34,422 bases of DNA from Gemmatimonadales bacterium (GTDB lineage: Bacteria; Gemmatimonadota; Gemmatimonadetes; Gemmatimonadales; Gemmatimonadaceae). The notes under the pieces are model-generated. The model ran no database searches. It saw only the letters and a list, made by a program, of their open reading frames with translations, and had not been told where the DNA came from. A program made the position numbers and the translations under genes. Positions 27,102 to 34,422 of this stretch are shown here, piece by piece. The number at the start of each line of letters is the position of its first letter. The stretch's first letter is position 1. Location: assembly GCA_038210945.1 (NCBI GenBank), contig JBBQWD010000001.1, positions 1 through 34,422 on the forward strand, read 5' to 3'.

Positions 27102-28259
27102 ATGCTTCATCGAATATCCGCAGCCGCTCGCGTGTCTGTCCCGCCGTCGAGGGCCGGTCCGTCGCGCAGGATCCGTTTCGGCGGGGCAATGCTTGCGCTG
27201 TCCTTTGCTACGACCGCCGGCAGCCAGGAGGTGAAATGGTTCGACGAGATCGCGGTAAACGCGTTTGTCTCCACGGCCTACGTGTACAACGGCAATCGTC
27301 CGGCGACCGGTACCAGCAGCTATCGCGTCTTCGATTTCATCGACAACTCCTTCAACCTCGACGTCGCTGAACTGGTCGTGCAGATAGCACCTTCCAAGCC
27401 GAACGACGCCGGTTTTCGTGTAGACCTGGCTGTCGGCAACTCGATCCCGCAGGTCACGAAGTCGCAAGACCAGACCGTCGCCCAGTTCGACCTGCAACAG
27501 CTGTTCGTAAGCTACATCGCCCCCGTTGGCTCCGGGCTGCGCTTCGATTTCGGGAAGTACGTCACGCACCTCGGTTACGAGGTGATCGAAGGGTACGACG
27601 GCTACAACGACAACTACAGCCGGTCGATCCTCTTCGGCTACGCCATTCCATTCACGCACACCGGCGTCAAGGCGAGCTACGCTTTCTCGAGCAAGGTGGC
27701 CGCGATGGTCGAAGTGGTGAACGGGTGGGATCTCGTCCGCGACAACAATCACTCCAAGTCCGTCGGTGCACAGCTAAGTCTGACGCCTGTCGCTTCGCTC
27801 ACCGTACTGCTCAACTGGATCGGCGGGGCCGAGATCGCGAACGACAATCACACGAATCGCAACGTGTTCGACGTCGTGGCCATCCTCAAGCCGACCAAGA
27901 CGCTGACGCTCGGCGTAAACGGGGACTACGGGATCGAGAACGGTACGAGCACCGTGAATCCCGGGTCCGACGGGACATGGAAGGGGATCGCCGGCTACGC
28001 GACGCTCGCCGTGACGAGCAAATTCTCCGTTGCGCTACGGGGCGAGACGTTTCACGACGAGGAAGGTGTGCGCCTCGGAACGGGTACCAGGGCTACGCTG
28101 TCGGAGGTGACCTTCACGCCGGCGTACAAGTTCACCGATCACGTTCTGTTACGGTGTGACCTGCGCTACGACACGGCGAACCAACCGATCCTTGCCAAGC
28201 GCGCTACGCTTGCCGACAAGCAAGCGACCATAGGCGCTAACGTAATCTTCGTTTATTGA
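27102..28259 (+). CDS. Outer-membrane beta-barrel porin (BBP2/DUF1597-like)
   Basis: AGGAGG RBS, signal peptide, FDFGKYVTHLGYEVIE, NYSRSILF..PFTHTG, NGWD, ALRGETFHD and a C-terminal aromatic beta-signal (VIFVY). Confidence 0.88.
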   Translation: MLHRISAAARVSVPPSRAGPSRRIRFGGAMLALSFATTAGSQEVKWFDEIAVNAFVSTAYVYNGNRPATGTSSYRVFDFIDNSFNLDVAELVVQIAPSKPNDAGFRVDLAVGNSIPQVTKSQDQTVAQFDLQQLFVSYIAPVGSGLRFDFGKYVTHLGYEVIEGYDGYNDNYSRSILFGYAIPFTHTGVKASYAFSSKVAAMVEVVNGWDLVRDNNHSKSVGAQLSLTPVASLTVLLNWIGGAEIANDNHTNRNVFDVVAILKPTKTLTLGVNGDYGIENGTSTVNPGSDGTWKGIAGYATLAVTSKFSVALRGETFHDEEGVRLGTGTRATLSEVTFTPAYKFTDHVLLRCDLRYDTANQPILAKRATLADKQATIGANVIFVY

Positions 28260-28271
28260 GACTCCACTTCA

Positions 28272-28327
28272 GTGCCGGCGGCGTGATCAACGTGGCGAAC
28301 ATCGCCGTGATCACGCCCGCCGAGCAC
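28272..28327. repeat. Long imperfect inverted repeat between convergent genes
   Basis: GTGC-CGGCGG-CGTGATCA...TGATCACG-CCCGCCG-AGCAC with an inner GGCGA/TCGCC stem. No U tract. Confidence 0.7.
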
Positions 28328-28333
28328 CTCTGC

Positions 28334-30580
28334 TTACGTCCCCCCAAGAGTCGTCGCAAGTCCGCTGATGAGCGTCGCTTCGCGCTCGACAGCCGCGCCG
28401 GCTCGCGCGATCTCCCGATCGGCGTCTTCCCACTGACCCTGCTCGATCGCTTCACGAACGCCCGGTATCGTCTTTACGCCGTAGCCTGTGTAGAAACCCG
28501 GCGCGTACAGCATGTGGATGTACCACGGCCGGCCTTTCAATCCTTCAGTGGATGTGAGCGCGCGCTCCGCCTGGACCAGGCGCGCATTCACGCTCCTGGC
28601 GATGCCGGAGCGTCCCTCGGATACGGCGCGGCTGTACGCCCGGTCGTAACGTGACGCGGCGTGATTGAGTGAATCGAGTGCGTTGAGGAGTGGCGCGAAG
28701 TTCAGCTGTGGCGCGGGCCGCTGACGCTGTGGCCCGGCAACAGGATCGTGTGGATCGCTCGTGAACTTGAAGACGCCCTCTTCGATCTGGCGGTTCCGCT
28801 CCGCTATCTCTTCCGAACGCTTGTCGCGGAGAGACTGGAGATCCTTCACGTAGGTCTGGATGGTTTCCGCGAGATTCGTAAACGCGAACGGAAGGAGATC
28901 CGCGTTTGCCAGACGGAGCACCGAGATGCCACCAGCTTGGGCGAGCGCGCGACCGTAGACAAACGATGTGTCGCTGAAATGGGTGTACCAGTAAAAATCG
29001 TCGTAGATCGAATGGTAGATACCGCCGTCATCCTCTCCGCCGTATCCGATGTTGAGCGATGCAACGCCGAGATGATCGATGAAGCTCGAGTAGTCGGATC
29101 CTGATCCGAGAGCGCTGATCCGAAGGTCCTCGCGATCGCGAGCATCGCGGCGCGCGTCTGCCGAGCCGTTGACGATTCTGGATGCCTGCGCCCGCTTCCA
29201 CGAGCTCACTCCTGACTCAGGATCTTCGACATCCAGGGCGACGCCGTTGATGAACTTCTCGAGGGAGTGTGATCCAGAAATGCCCAGGTATCCCCTGCCG
29301 TTGCTATCGCTGTTGATATATGCGACCGCATGCGCCTTGAGCTCGTCGGCGTGCGCCTCCGCCCACTCCGTCGAACCGAGCAACCCCGGCTCTTCGCCAT
29401 CCCAAGCGGCGTAGATGATCGTGCGCTTGGGCCGCCACCCCTGTTTGTACAATGCGCCCAACCCACGCGCTTCCTCGAGTTCGGCGACGAGGCCCGAGAT
29501 TGGATCCTCGGCGCCATTCACCCACGCGTCGTGGTGGTTGCCGCGGATGATCCACTGATCGGCCTCGGTGGTGCCGGGAAGCTTCGCGATCACGTCGTAA
29601 AGCGTCTTCAAGCTCCAATCAGATTTGACGCGCAGGTGGACTTTTGCCGGGCCGGGGCCGAAGCGATAGGTGATCGGCAATCCGCCCCGCCATGCGGTGG
29701 GCACGACTGAGCCGCCAAGTGCCGCGAGAAGCGGCTGGGCATCGCCGTAGGAAATTGGGAGAACGGGGATCTTCGTGATGGTCGGTGCCTCGGCGATGGT
29801 CAGGCGCTTTGCATTCTTCGTAGCGCCGATGCCGGGAGTCAGAGGATCACCCGGATAAGTGGGCATGTCCGCGACAGATCCGCGCTGAACGCCTTGTGCT
29901 GGACGCATTGGTCCTGCCGGAAACACATCGCCGCCAGCGTAACCATCATCTCTTGGATCAGAGTAGATCAGGCATCCCACGGCGCCGTGCTCTGCTGCCA
30001 CCTTGGGCTTGATGCCACGCCAGGAGCCGCCGTACTTCGCGATGACGATCGCACCTTTCACGGAGATGCCGCGCTGCTCGAGCTCTTCGTAATCGGCGGG
30101 CACTCCGTAGTTCACGAAGACCAGCGGCCCAGTCACGTCGCCGTCAGCGGAATAGGCGTTGTAGGACGGCAGTTGCTCGCTCCGCTGGTTCGATGTCGGA
30201 TCCAGTGACAGGACAGTCTCCTGCAGCGATGCCTTGAAAGTCGTCGGTGCGACGAGCTCGACGACGCGCTCGATGGGCGTCGGAAAGAGAACGTCGAAGT
30301 TCTCGATGTGCGCATCCCATCCATAGGACTTGAACTCGTTGAGGATCCACTCGGCGTTGGTCCGATCGTAGGGAGATCCAACGTGGTGCGGCCGTGCGCT
30401 GAGACGACGCATGGCCTCTCTCATGCGCGCGGGATCAGGCATCGCCTTGAATCGCGCTTCTAGATCGCGCTCGGCTTGGACGGACTGCGGAAAAAAGCCA
30501 CGCAGCGGGACATCGGCGGGCGTGGGTGAGAGGGCGAGACCGGCTGCAGAAACCAGGAGCGACGAGAGCAGCATGCGCAT
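28334..30580 (-). CDS. M28B glutamate carboxypeptidase II-like peptidase (PA and TfR dimerisation domains)
   Basis: Signal peptide, PHHVGS, FVNYG, VQRGS, GDPLTPG, GNHHDAW, GAEDP, WDGEE.GLLGSTEW, GSGSDY, YHSIYD and HMLYAPG. Confidence 0.93.
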   Translation of the reverse strand: MRMLLSSLLVSAAGLALSPTPADVPLRGFFPQSVQAERDLEARFKAMPDPARMREAMRRLSARPHHVGSPYDRTNAEWILNEFKSYGWDAHIENFDVLFPTPIERVVELVAPTTFKASLQETVLSLDPTSNQRSEQLPSYNAYSADGDVTGPLVFVNYGVPADYEELEQRGISVKGAIVIAKYGGSWRGIKPKVAAEHGAVGCLIYSDPRDDGYAGGDVFPAGPMRPAQGVQRGSVADMPTYPGDPLTPGIGATKNAKRLTIAEAPTITKIPVLPISYGDAQPLLAALGGSVVPTAWRGGLPITYRFGPGPAKVHLRVKSDWSLKTLYDVIAKLPGTTEADQWIIRGNHHDAWVNGAEDPISGLVAELEEARGLGALYKQGWRPKRTIIYAAWDGEEPGLLGSTEWAEAHADELKAHAVAYINSDSNGRGYLGISGSHSLEKFINGVALDVEDPESGVSSWKRAQASRIVNGSADARRDARDREDLRISALGSGSDYSSFIDHLGVASLNIGYGGEDDGGIYHSIYDDFYWYTHFSDTSFVYGRALAQAGGISVLRLANADLLPFAFTNLAETIQTYVKDLQSLRDKRSEEIAERNRQIEEGVFKFTSDPHDPVAGPQRQRPAPQLNFAPLLNALDSLNHAASRYDRAYSRAVSEGRSGIARSVNARLVQAERALTSTEGLKGRPWYIHMLYAPGFYTGYGVKTIPGVREAIEQGQWEDADREIARAGAAVEREATLISGLATTLGGT

Positions 30581-30660
30581 TCGGAGTTCTCCGCGGGGGT
30601 GGACACGTCCAGTGAGGAATGAATCGACCGTCAAAACGTAATTGCCGGAAGCCAAACCGC

Positions 30661-30693
30661 AAAAAAAGACGCTGCGAGAGTTCGCAGCGTCTT
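30661..30693 (-). terminator. Intrinsic terminator downstream of the HxlR gene
   Basis: Minus strand reads AAGACGCTGCGA-ACTC-TCGCAGCGTC-TTTTTTT. Confidence 0.85.
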
Positions 30694-30724
30694 CATCGCT
30701 CGGGTCACGCCCTAGCAGTTCTGG

Positions 30725-31132
30725 TCATCCACCTTTGGTGGCCGGCGACAGACGTTCCGGCGCGTGGTCGTGTGAATCGGAGCGCTCAGCGAGCTCCTCA
30801 TCCTGATGGGGTTCAGCTAGGATCCATCGGTTGGCCCACGCGCTGATCTCATTAAGCGCGATTTCGAGAGACCGCCCCTTGTCGGTGAGCTCGTACTCGA
30901 CGCGAACCGGGGAATCGGCGATGACCCATCGGGTCACCAGGTCTTCCGCTTCAAGCGACCGAAGTCGCTCGGAAAGCATTCTGTCGGTGATGTCGGGGAT
31001 GGCGGTCTTGATTGCCGCGTACCGGGTCTTGCCCTGCAACAGGGTCTGAATGATGGCACCGGTCCATCGACCACCGATCAGCTCGACAGCACGGTGGAAC
31101 CTGGAACATACTGTAGGGGCGATTTCGGCCAT
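30725..31132 (-). CDS. HxlR/DUF24 winged-helix transcriptional regulator
   Basis: C...AVELIGGRW, ITDRMLSERLRSLE and PVRVEYELTDKG. Confidence 0.94.
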   Translation of the reverse strand: MAEIAPTVCSRFHRAVELIGGRWTGAIIQTLLQGKTRYAAIKTAIPDITDRMLSERLRSLEAEDLVTRWVIADSPVRVEYELTDKGRSLEIALNEISAWANRWILAEPHQDEELAERSDSHDHAPERLSPATKGG

Positions 31133-31157
31133 GGGGCTAATTTAGAAATTTGGGCGC

Positions 31158-31203
31158 TTGACACAAGTAACTTACCTAAATATACTACCTTATCCGAAGT
31201 AAG
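31158..31203 (+). promoter_or_regulatory. sigma70 promoter of the yceI-family gene with candidate operator repeats
   Basis: TTGACA-N17-TATACT (31158-31186), GTAA-C-TTAC in the spacer, and CTTA-N7-TAAG at 31189-31203. Confidence 0.78.
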
Positions 31204-31271
31204 TCCATGAGTCGGTTAATGCAACCAGCACGGGGTTAACCGCAAACCTTCAGCACTATTGAGAGGCAAGT

Positions 31272-31835
31272 ATGACCCCAACGGCCCAGACAGCTCCCGC
31301 AGCAGGGGCCAAGACAGCGTGGAAGCTCGACCCGACGCACACTGTTGTCGAATTCTCCGCCAAGCACTTGATGATCACTACCGTAAAGGGCAGGATCGCA
31401 GATATCGAAGGAATCATCTACTCCGACGAGAAGGACTTCAAGAATTCCTCAGTCGAAGCGACACTTAAGGCCGTGAGCCTGGATACTCGGACTGACCAGC
31501 GCGACCAGCACCTCCGTTCAGCGGATTTCCTGGATGTCGAGAAGTTTCCGGAGATCCGGTTCCGCAGCACCCGCATTCAGGGTGACAAGCAGAGCTTTAA
31601 GCTCACCGGGGACCTGACAATCCGCGACGTAACCAAGCCAATCACGCTCGACGTCGAATTCGAGGGTGAGACCAAGGATCCGTGGGGTGGACAGCGGGTC
31701 GGATTCAGCGCGAGCGGCAAGATTGATCGGCGCGAGTTCGGATTGACGTGGAATCAAGCGCTCGAAGCGGGTGGAGTGGTCGTCGGAAACGACATCAAGA
31801 TCAGCATCGAGGCACAGGCGGTCAAAGTAGGCTGA
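31272..31835 (+). CDS. YceI-family polyisoprenoid-binding protein (no signal peptide)
   Basis: WKLDPTHT, RDQHLRSADFLD, GDLTIRDVTKP, DPWG and IDRREFGLTWN. Confidence 0.95.
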   Translation: MTPTAQTAPAAGAKTAWKLDPTHTVVEFSAKHLMITTVKGRIADIEGIIYSDEKDFKNSSVEATLKAVSLDTRTDQRDQHLRSADFLDVEKFPEIRFRSTRIQGDKQSFKLTGDLTIRDVTKPITLDVEFEGETKDPWGGQRVGFSASGKIDRREFGLTWNQALEAGGVVVGNDIKISIEAQAVKVG

Positions 31836-31861
31836 TCGAATTGGATAAGATACTTATCTAA

Positions 31862-31892
31862 CAGAGTGGGTGCGCGACGCGCACCCACTCTG
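31862..31892 (+). terminator. Probable terminator hairpin after the YceI gene
   Basis: Perfect 15-bp inverted repeat CAGAGTGGGTGCGCG-A-CGCGCACCCACTCTG followed by CGTTT. Confidence 0.7.
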
Positions 31893-31951
31893 CGTTTCAG
31901 GGGTAAACGAAGGCATCGAGCGAAGAGCGACAACCTTACCATCTTCCGGGC

Positions 31952-32866
31952 GTGAGGATCTTGCAGAGCACCACCATTCTGTGCGGGCTGGGAGTGTTGC
32001 TTGCCGCAGTGGTCTCGGGCAGTACCGGAGCCCAGCTGCCTCCGGGAGGGGTTAGTTATCTATCGAACTCACCCGTGGATGTCGTCGTGGTCGCGCACCA
32101 GGACGATTGGCAACTCTTCATGGGTGACGTCATCGCACGACAGATCAGAGGCGGGAAGCCAGTCATCTTCATCTATCTCACCGCCGGGGACGATGGGCGA
32201 GACCCCCTCTATTGGGCAACACGGGAACGGGGCGCGCTCGAGTCCACGCGTGTTGCAGTCGGGTTGGCAGCTACCGACTCGGCCGGTAGCCATTGTTCGA
32301 CGGCAAACACGCTAAGACACGCCATGCGAAGATGCACGATCGTCAACACGGCATCCTACTTTCTTCGCTTGCCGGATGGTCGCCGAAATGGGTCAGGATT
32401 CGCTGGGCATTCCTACCAAAGCCTGCGCAAGCTGCGTAAGGGCCGCACAGCATCCATGTCGCCCGTGGACGGCAGCACCGACTACGACAGCTGGGCAGAC
32501 CTGACAAACACCGTGGCTGAGCTGATTGGTGAGAGCTCAACGAACAGAATCATCACAGTCCACACAAGCGATCCGAGCGTGGTGTCGAACCCGCACGATC
32601 ATTTCGACCACCGAATGGCAGGTCTCCTCGTTGCTGATGCTCGCCGGAAGCACAAATGGAACGTCATGTACTACACCGGATACGCCCTGGCGTCGCGTGC
32701 GCCCAACCGGTCAAACGATCAGATGAGGGAAAAGACGAGGCTCTTCACGGCTTACGATCGAGCGATGACGCAGGTCAACGCCAAGTGGGGCGCGTATCGG
32801 GAACATCCGGCATTTTATTCCGAATGCATACAGCGCACCTATGCGCGCAGGGCTATCTCCCAATGA
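31952..32866 (+). CDS. Exported PIG-L/LmbE-family deacetylase
   Basis: Hydrophobic N-terminus, VAHQDD, YLTAGD, RE, LRLPDG and DHFDH metal motifs. Confidence 0.85.
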   Translation: MRILQSTTILCGLGVLLAAVVSGSTGAQLPPGGVSYLSNSPVDVVVVAHQDDWQLFMGDVIARQIRGGKPVIFIYLTAGDDGRDPLYWATRERGALESTRVAVGLAATDSAGSHCSTANTLRHAMRRCTIVNTASYFLRLPDGRRNGSGFAGHSYQSLRKLRKGRTASMSPVDGSTDYDSWADLTNTVAELIGESSTNRIITVHTSDPSVVSNPHDHFDHRMAGLLVADARRKHKWNVMYYTGYALASRAPNRSNDQMREKTRLFTAYDRAMTQVNAKWGAYREHPAFYSECIQRTYARRAISQ

Positions 32867-33027
32867 GCCTTTTCTGCTTTATGCGCGGCAACGGCGGCTT
32901 GAACCGTCGCCCGTCAGAATCATCCGCCGACACCCGGGATTCCTGCGCTTGCCGACTCATGATCGCGTGACGGGAATCACGGTCCTACTTTAGCCTCCTC
33001 ACTGAACTTGGCTACAACGGAGCAACG

Positions 33028-33891
33028 ATGCGTCTAGGTCTGGTCGTCGGAGCAACACTGCTCGTCGCGCAGCATCAGGCAGGAGCGCAGTGCAGAGTAA
33101 GAACAGACAGCAATGAAGGAAAGCTTCTCGCCTTCTACACCGCGCCAATCGTTTTTTCCATGGCCACCGCTCCCGAGGAAATGGCACCGGGCAGCTTTAG
33201 AGTCGGCGCTGAGGGCGAATACATTCCCAAGCCGGATCCCGCGATCGAGCAGACAGGCGCGTGCTTCGCGCAAAAGAGTGAGAAGACTTCACTGTCACCG
33301 GTGTTCGGGAGGCCGAGGATCACAATCGGTGTTCCGTTCGGATTTGCACTGGAGGCGGCGTATCTCCCGCCGGTGACAATTGCCCGCGCGAAGCCAAATC
33401 TCTTCAGCTTCGGAATCTCACATACCCGCCATCTCGCCCTCGGTCCTGTCTCGAATGGAACAACCGTCATGCTGCGACTGCACGGCACGTTTGGAAATGT
33501 GAAGGGGGCGATAACGTGTCCGCGATCTTCGCTGCAGCAAAGTGCGCCCTTGAGCCCGTGCTACGGGACCAGCCCGTCGAAGGACACCTTTCATCCAGAC
33601 ATGTTCGGCGGCGAGATAGCGGCGGGGTTTGCACCCGGGACCGGAGGGATCGCCTTCTACGCGGGCGCTGGAGCCAACAGGATAGACCCCCACTTCCAGG
33701 TTGGCTTCACCGATCTGAATGGAAACGTCGACGCGACTCAGGTAGAGCTCGAAAACCCTCTAGTGCGCGCGTCCGTCTTTGGCGGTGTCACGGCAGTCTT
33801 TCGTCGAATACTTGATGTCAGCGCCCAGATCTATTCAGTCCCATCGGATGCGACCCTGTTTCGGCTGAATGGGGGAATTCGCTTCCGTTAA
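33028..33891 (+). CDS. Hypothetical exported protein, probably an outer-membrane beta-barrel
   Basis: GGAG RBS, signal peptide (AGA|Q), alternating amphipathic strands and C-terminal LNGGIRFR. Confidence 0.65.
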   Translation: MRLGLVVGATLLVAQHQAGAQCRVRTDSNEGKLLAFYTAPIVFSMATAPEEMAPGSFRVGAEGEYIPKPDPAIEQTGACFAQKSEKTSLSPVFGRPRITIGVPFGFALEAAYLPPVTIARAKPNLFSFGISHTRHLALGPVSNGTTVMLRLHGTFGNVKGAITCPRSSLQQSAPLSPCYGTSPSKDTFHPDMFGGEIAAGFAPGTGGIAFYAGAGANRIDPHFQVGFTDLNGNVDATQVELENPLVRASVFGGVTAVFRRILDVSAQIYSVPSDATLFRLNGGIRFR

Positions 33892-33972
33892 CGAAGCAGG
33901 AAATTTCCCTATACCTCATCTGGGCACGGTTCGTGTACCACTCGCTGGCACGCACACACCTGAGAGGAAGAG

Positions 33973-34143
33973 ATGGGAAGCAACCAGGAGCACCAGAAAA
34001 GGGCTAACGCGACCGATCAGAAGTTTCGAACTGACGACGAACATATCCACGAGATGGACAAGAAGCACCTGAAGGAAAGCGAAAAGGATGCGGCGTTCAT
34101 TCCCAAGCCGGACGACAAACAAGCCGCGGACAAGAAGGAATAG
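33973..34143 (+). CDS. Small highly charged protein (56 aa); not in the ORF track
   Basis: GAGAGGA RBS. MGSNQEHQKRANATDQKFRTDDEHIHEMDKKHLKESEKDAAFIPKPDDKQAADKKE*, ending 4 nt from the convergent gene. Confidence 0.65.
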   Translation: MGSNQEHQKRANATDQKFRTDDEHIHEMDKKHLKESEKDAAFIPKPDDKQAADKKE

Positions 34144-34147
34144 AAGA

Positions 34148-34422
34148 TCAGCTGTCGAGCATCCGTCCAAAGCTGTCCGGGTCGGTCGGAGGAGTAAAAG
34201 ACTTGATCCCGTGACGAGCAGCGACTGACCGCACTTCGGCCTGCATTCGGAAGGGGCTGAAAAGGATTGGAACTGATCCTGCCCGGACGATCGATTTTAC
34301 GAGCGCATCCCGACAATCGGGATGATCGCAGTCAATGATCACAGTCCCGGGTTTTTCCCGGAGAATTGCCTCTTCCGCGACCTCCGCCGGTCCGAGAAAT
34401 CTCGGCTGCAATCCACGAAGCT
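34148..34422 (-). CDS. Hypothetical protein, 5'-truncated, possibly a degenerate receiver-like fold
   Basis: The frame is open to the window edge. EKPGTVIIDCD and VPILFS resemble the beta3/beta4 strands of receiver domains. Confidence 0.5.
   Translation of the reverse strand, partial: LRGLQPRFLGPAEVAEEAILREKPGTVIIDCDHPDCRDALVKSIVRAGSVPILFSPFRMQAEVRSVAARHGIKSFTPPTDPDSFGRMLDS

Overview
A gene-dense, GC-rich bacterial chromosome segment. The gene order and protein styles suggest Gemmatimonadota (inference, no search run). The first ~25.8 kb is mostly housekeeping: partial yidC, an MBL hydrolase, mnmE, a DUF2268-like zincin, a DUF2225 protein, upp, an unlisted 58-aa DUF4177-like ORF, a beta-CASP nuclease, a YdcF protein, two M16 peptidase pairs flanking an alpha/beta hydrolase, a Nudix hydrolase, an ECF sigma/anti-sigma pair, holA, a TPR-SPOR protein, mutS, a TonB-C lipoprotein, cystathionine beta-synthase, ddl, a rhomboid protease, queF and tRNA-Phe. 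After the tRNA comes a looser set: an SMP-30 lipoprotein, a BBP2-type porin, an M28 peptidase, an HxlR/YceI pair, an exported PIG-L deacetylase, a putative outer-membrane protein and small ORFs. I saw no integrase, transposase, CRISPR array or defence system. The most interesting signals are non-coding or small. (1) A ~270-nt porin leader has a canonical sigma70 promoter, a 30-aa Asn/Pro-containing uORF, alternative hairpins and an intrinsic terminator, making it a candidate undescribed attenuator. (2) A sigma54/IHF/enhancer promoter sits upstream of the ECF sigma gene. (3) QueF has a 14-aa insertion in its catalytic loop. (4) The two M16 pairs are paralogous, one exported and one cytoplasmic.
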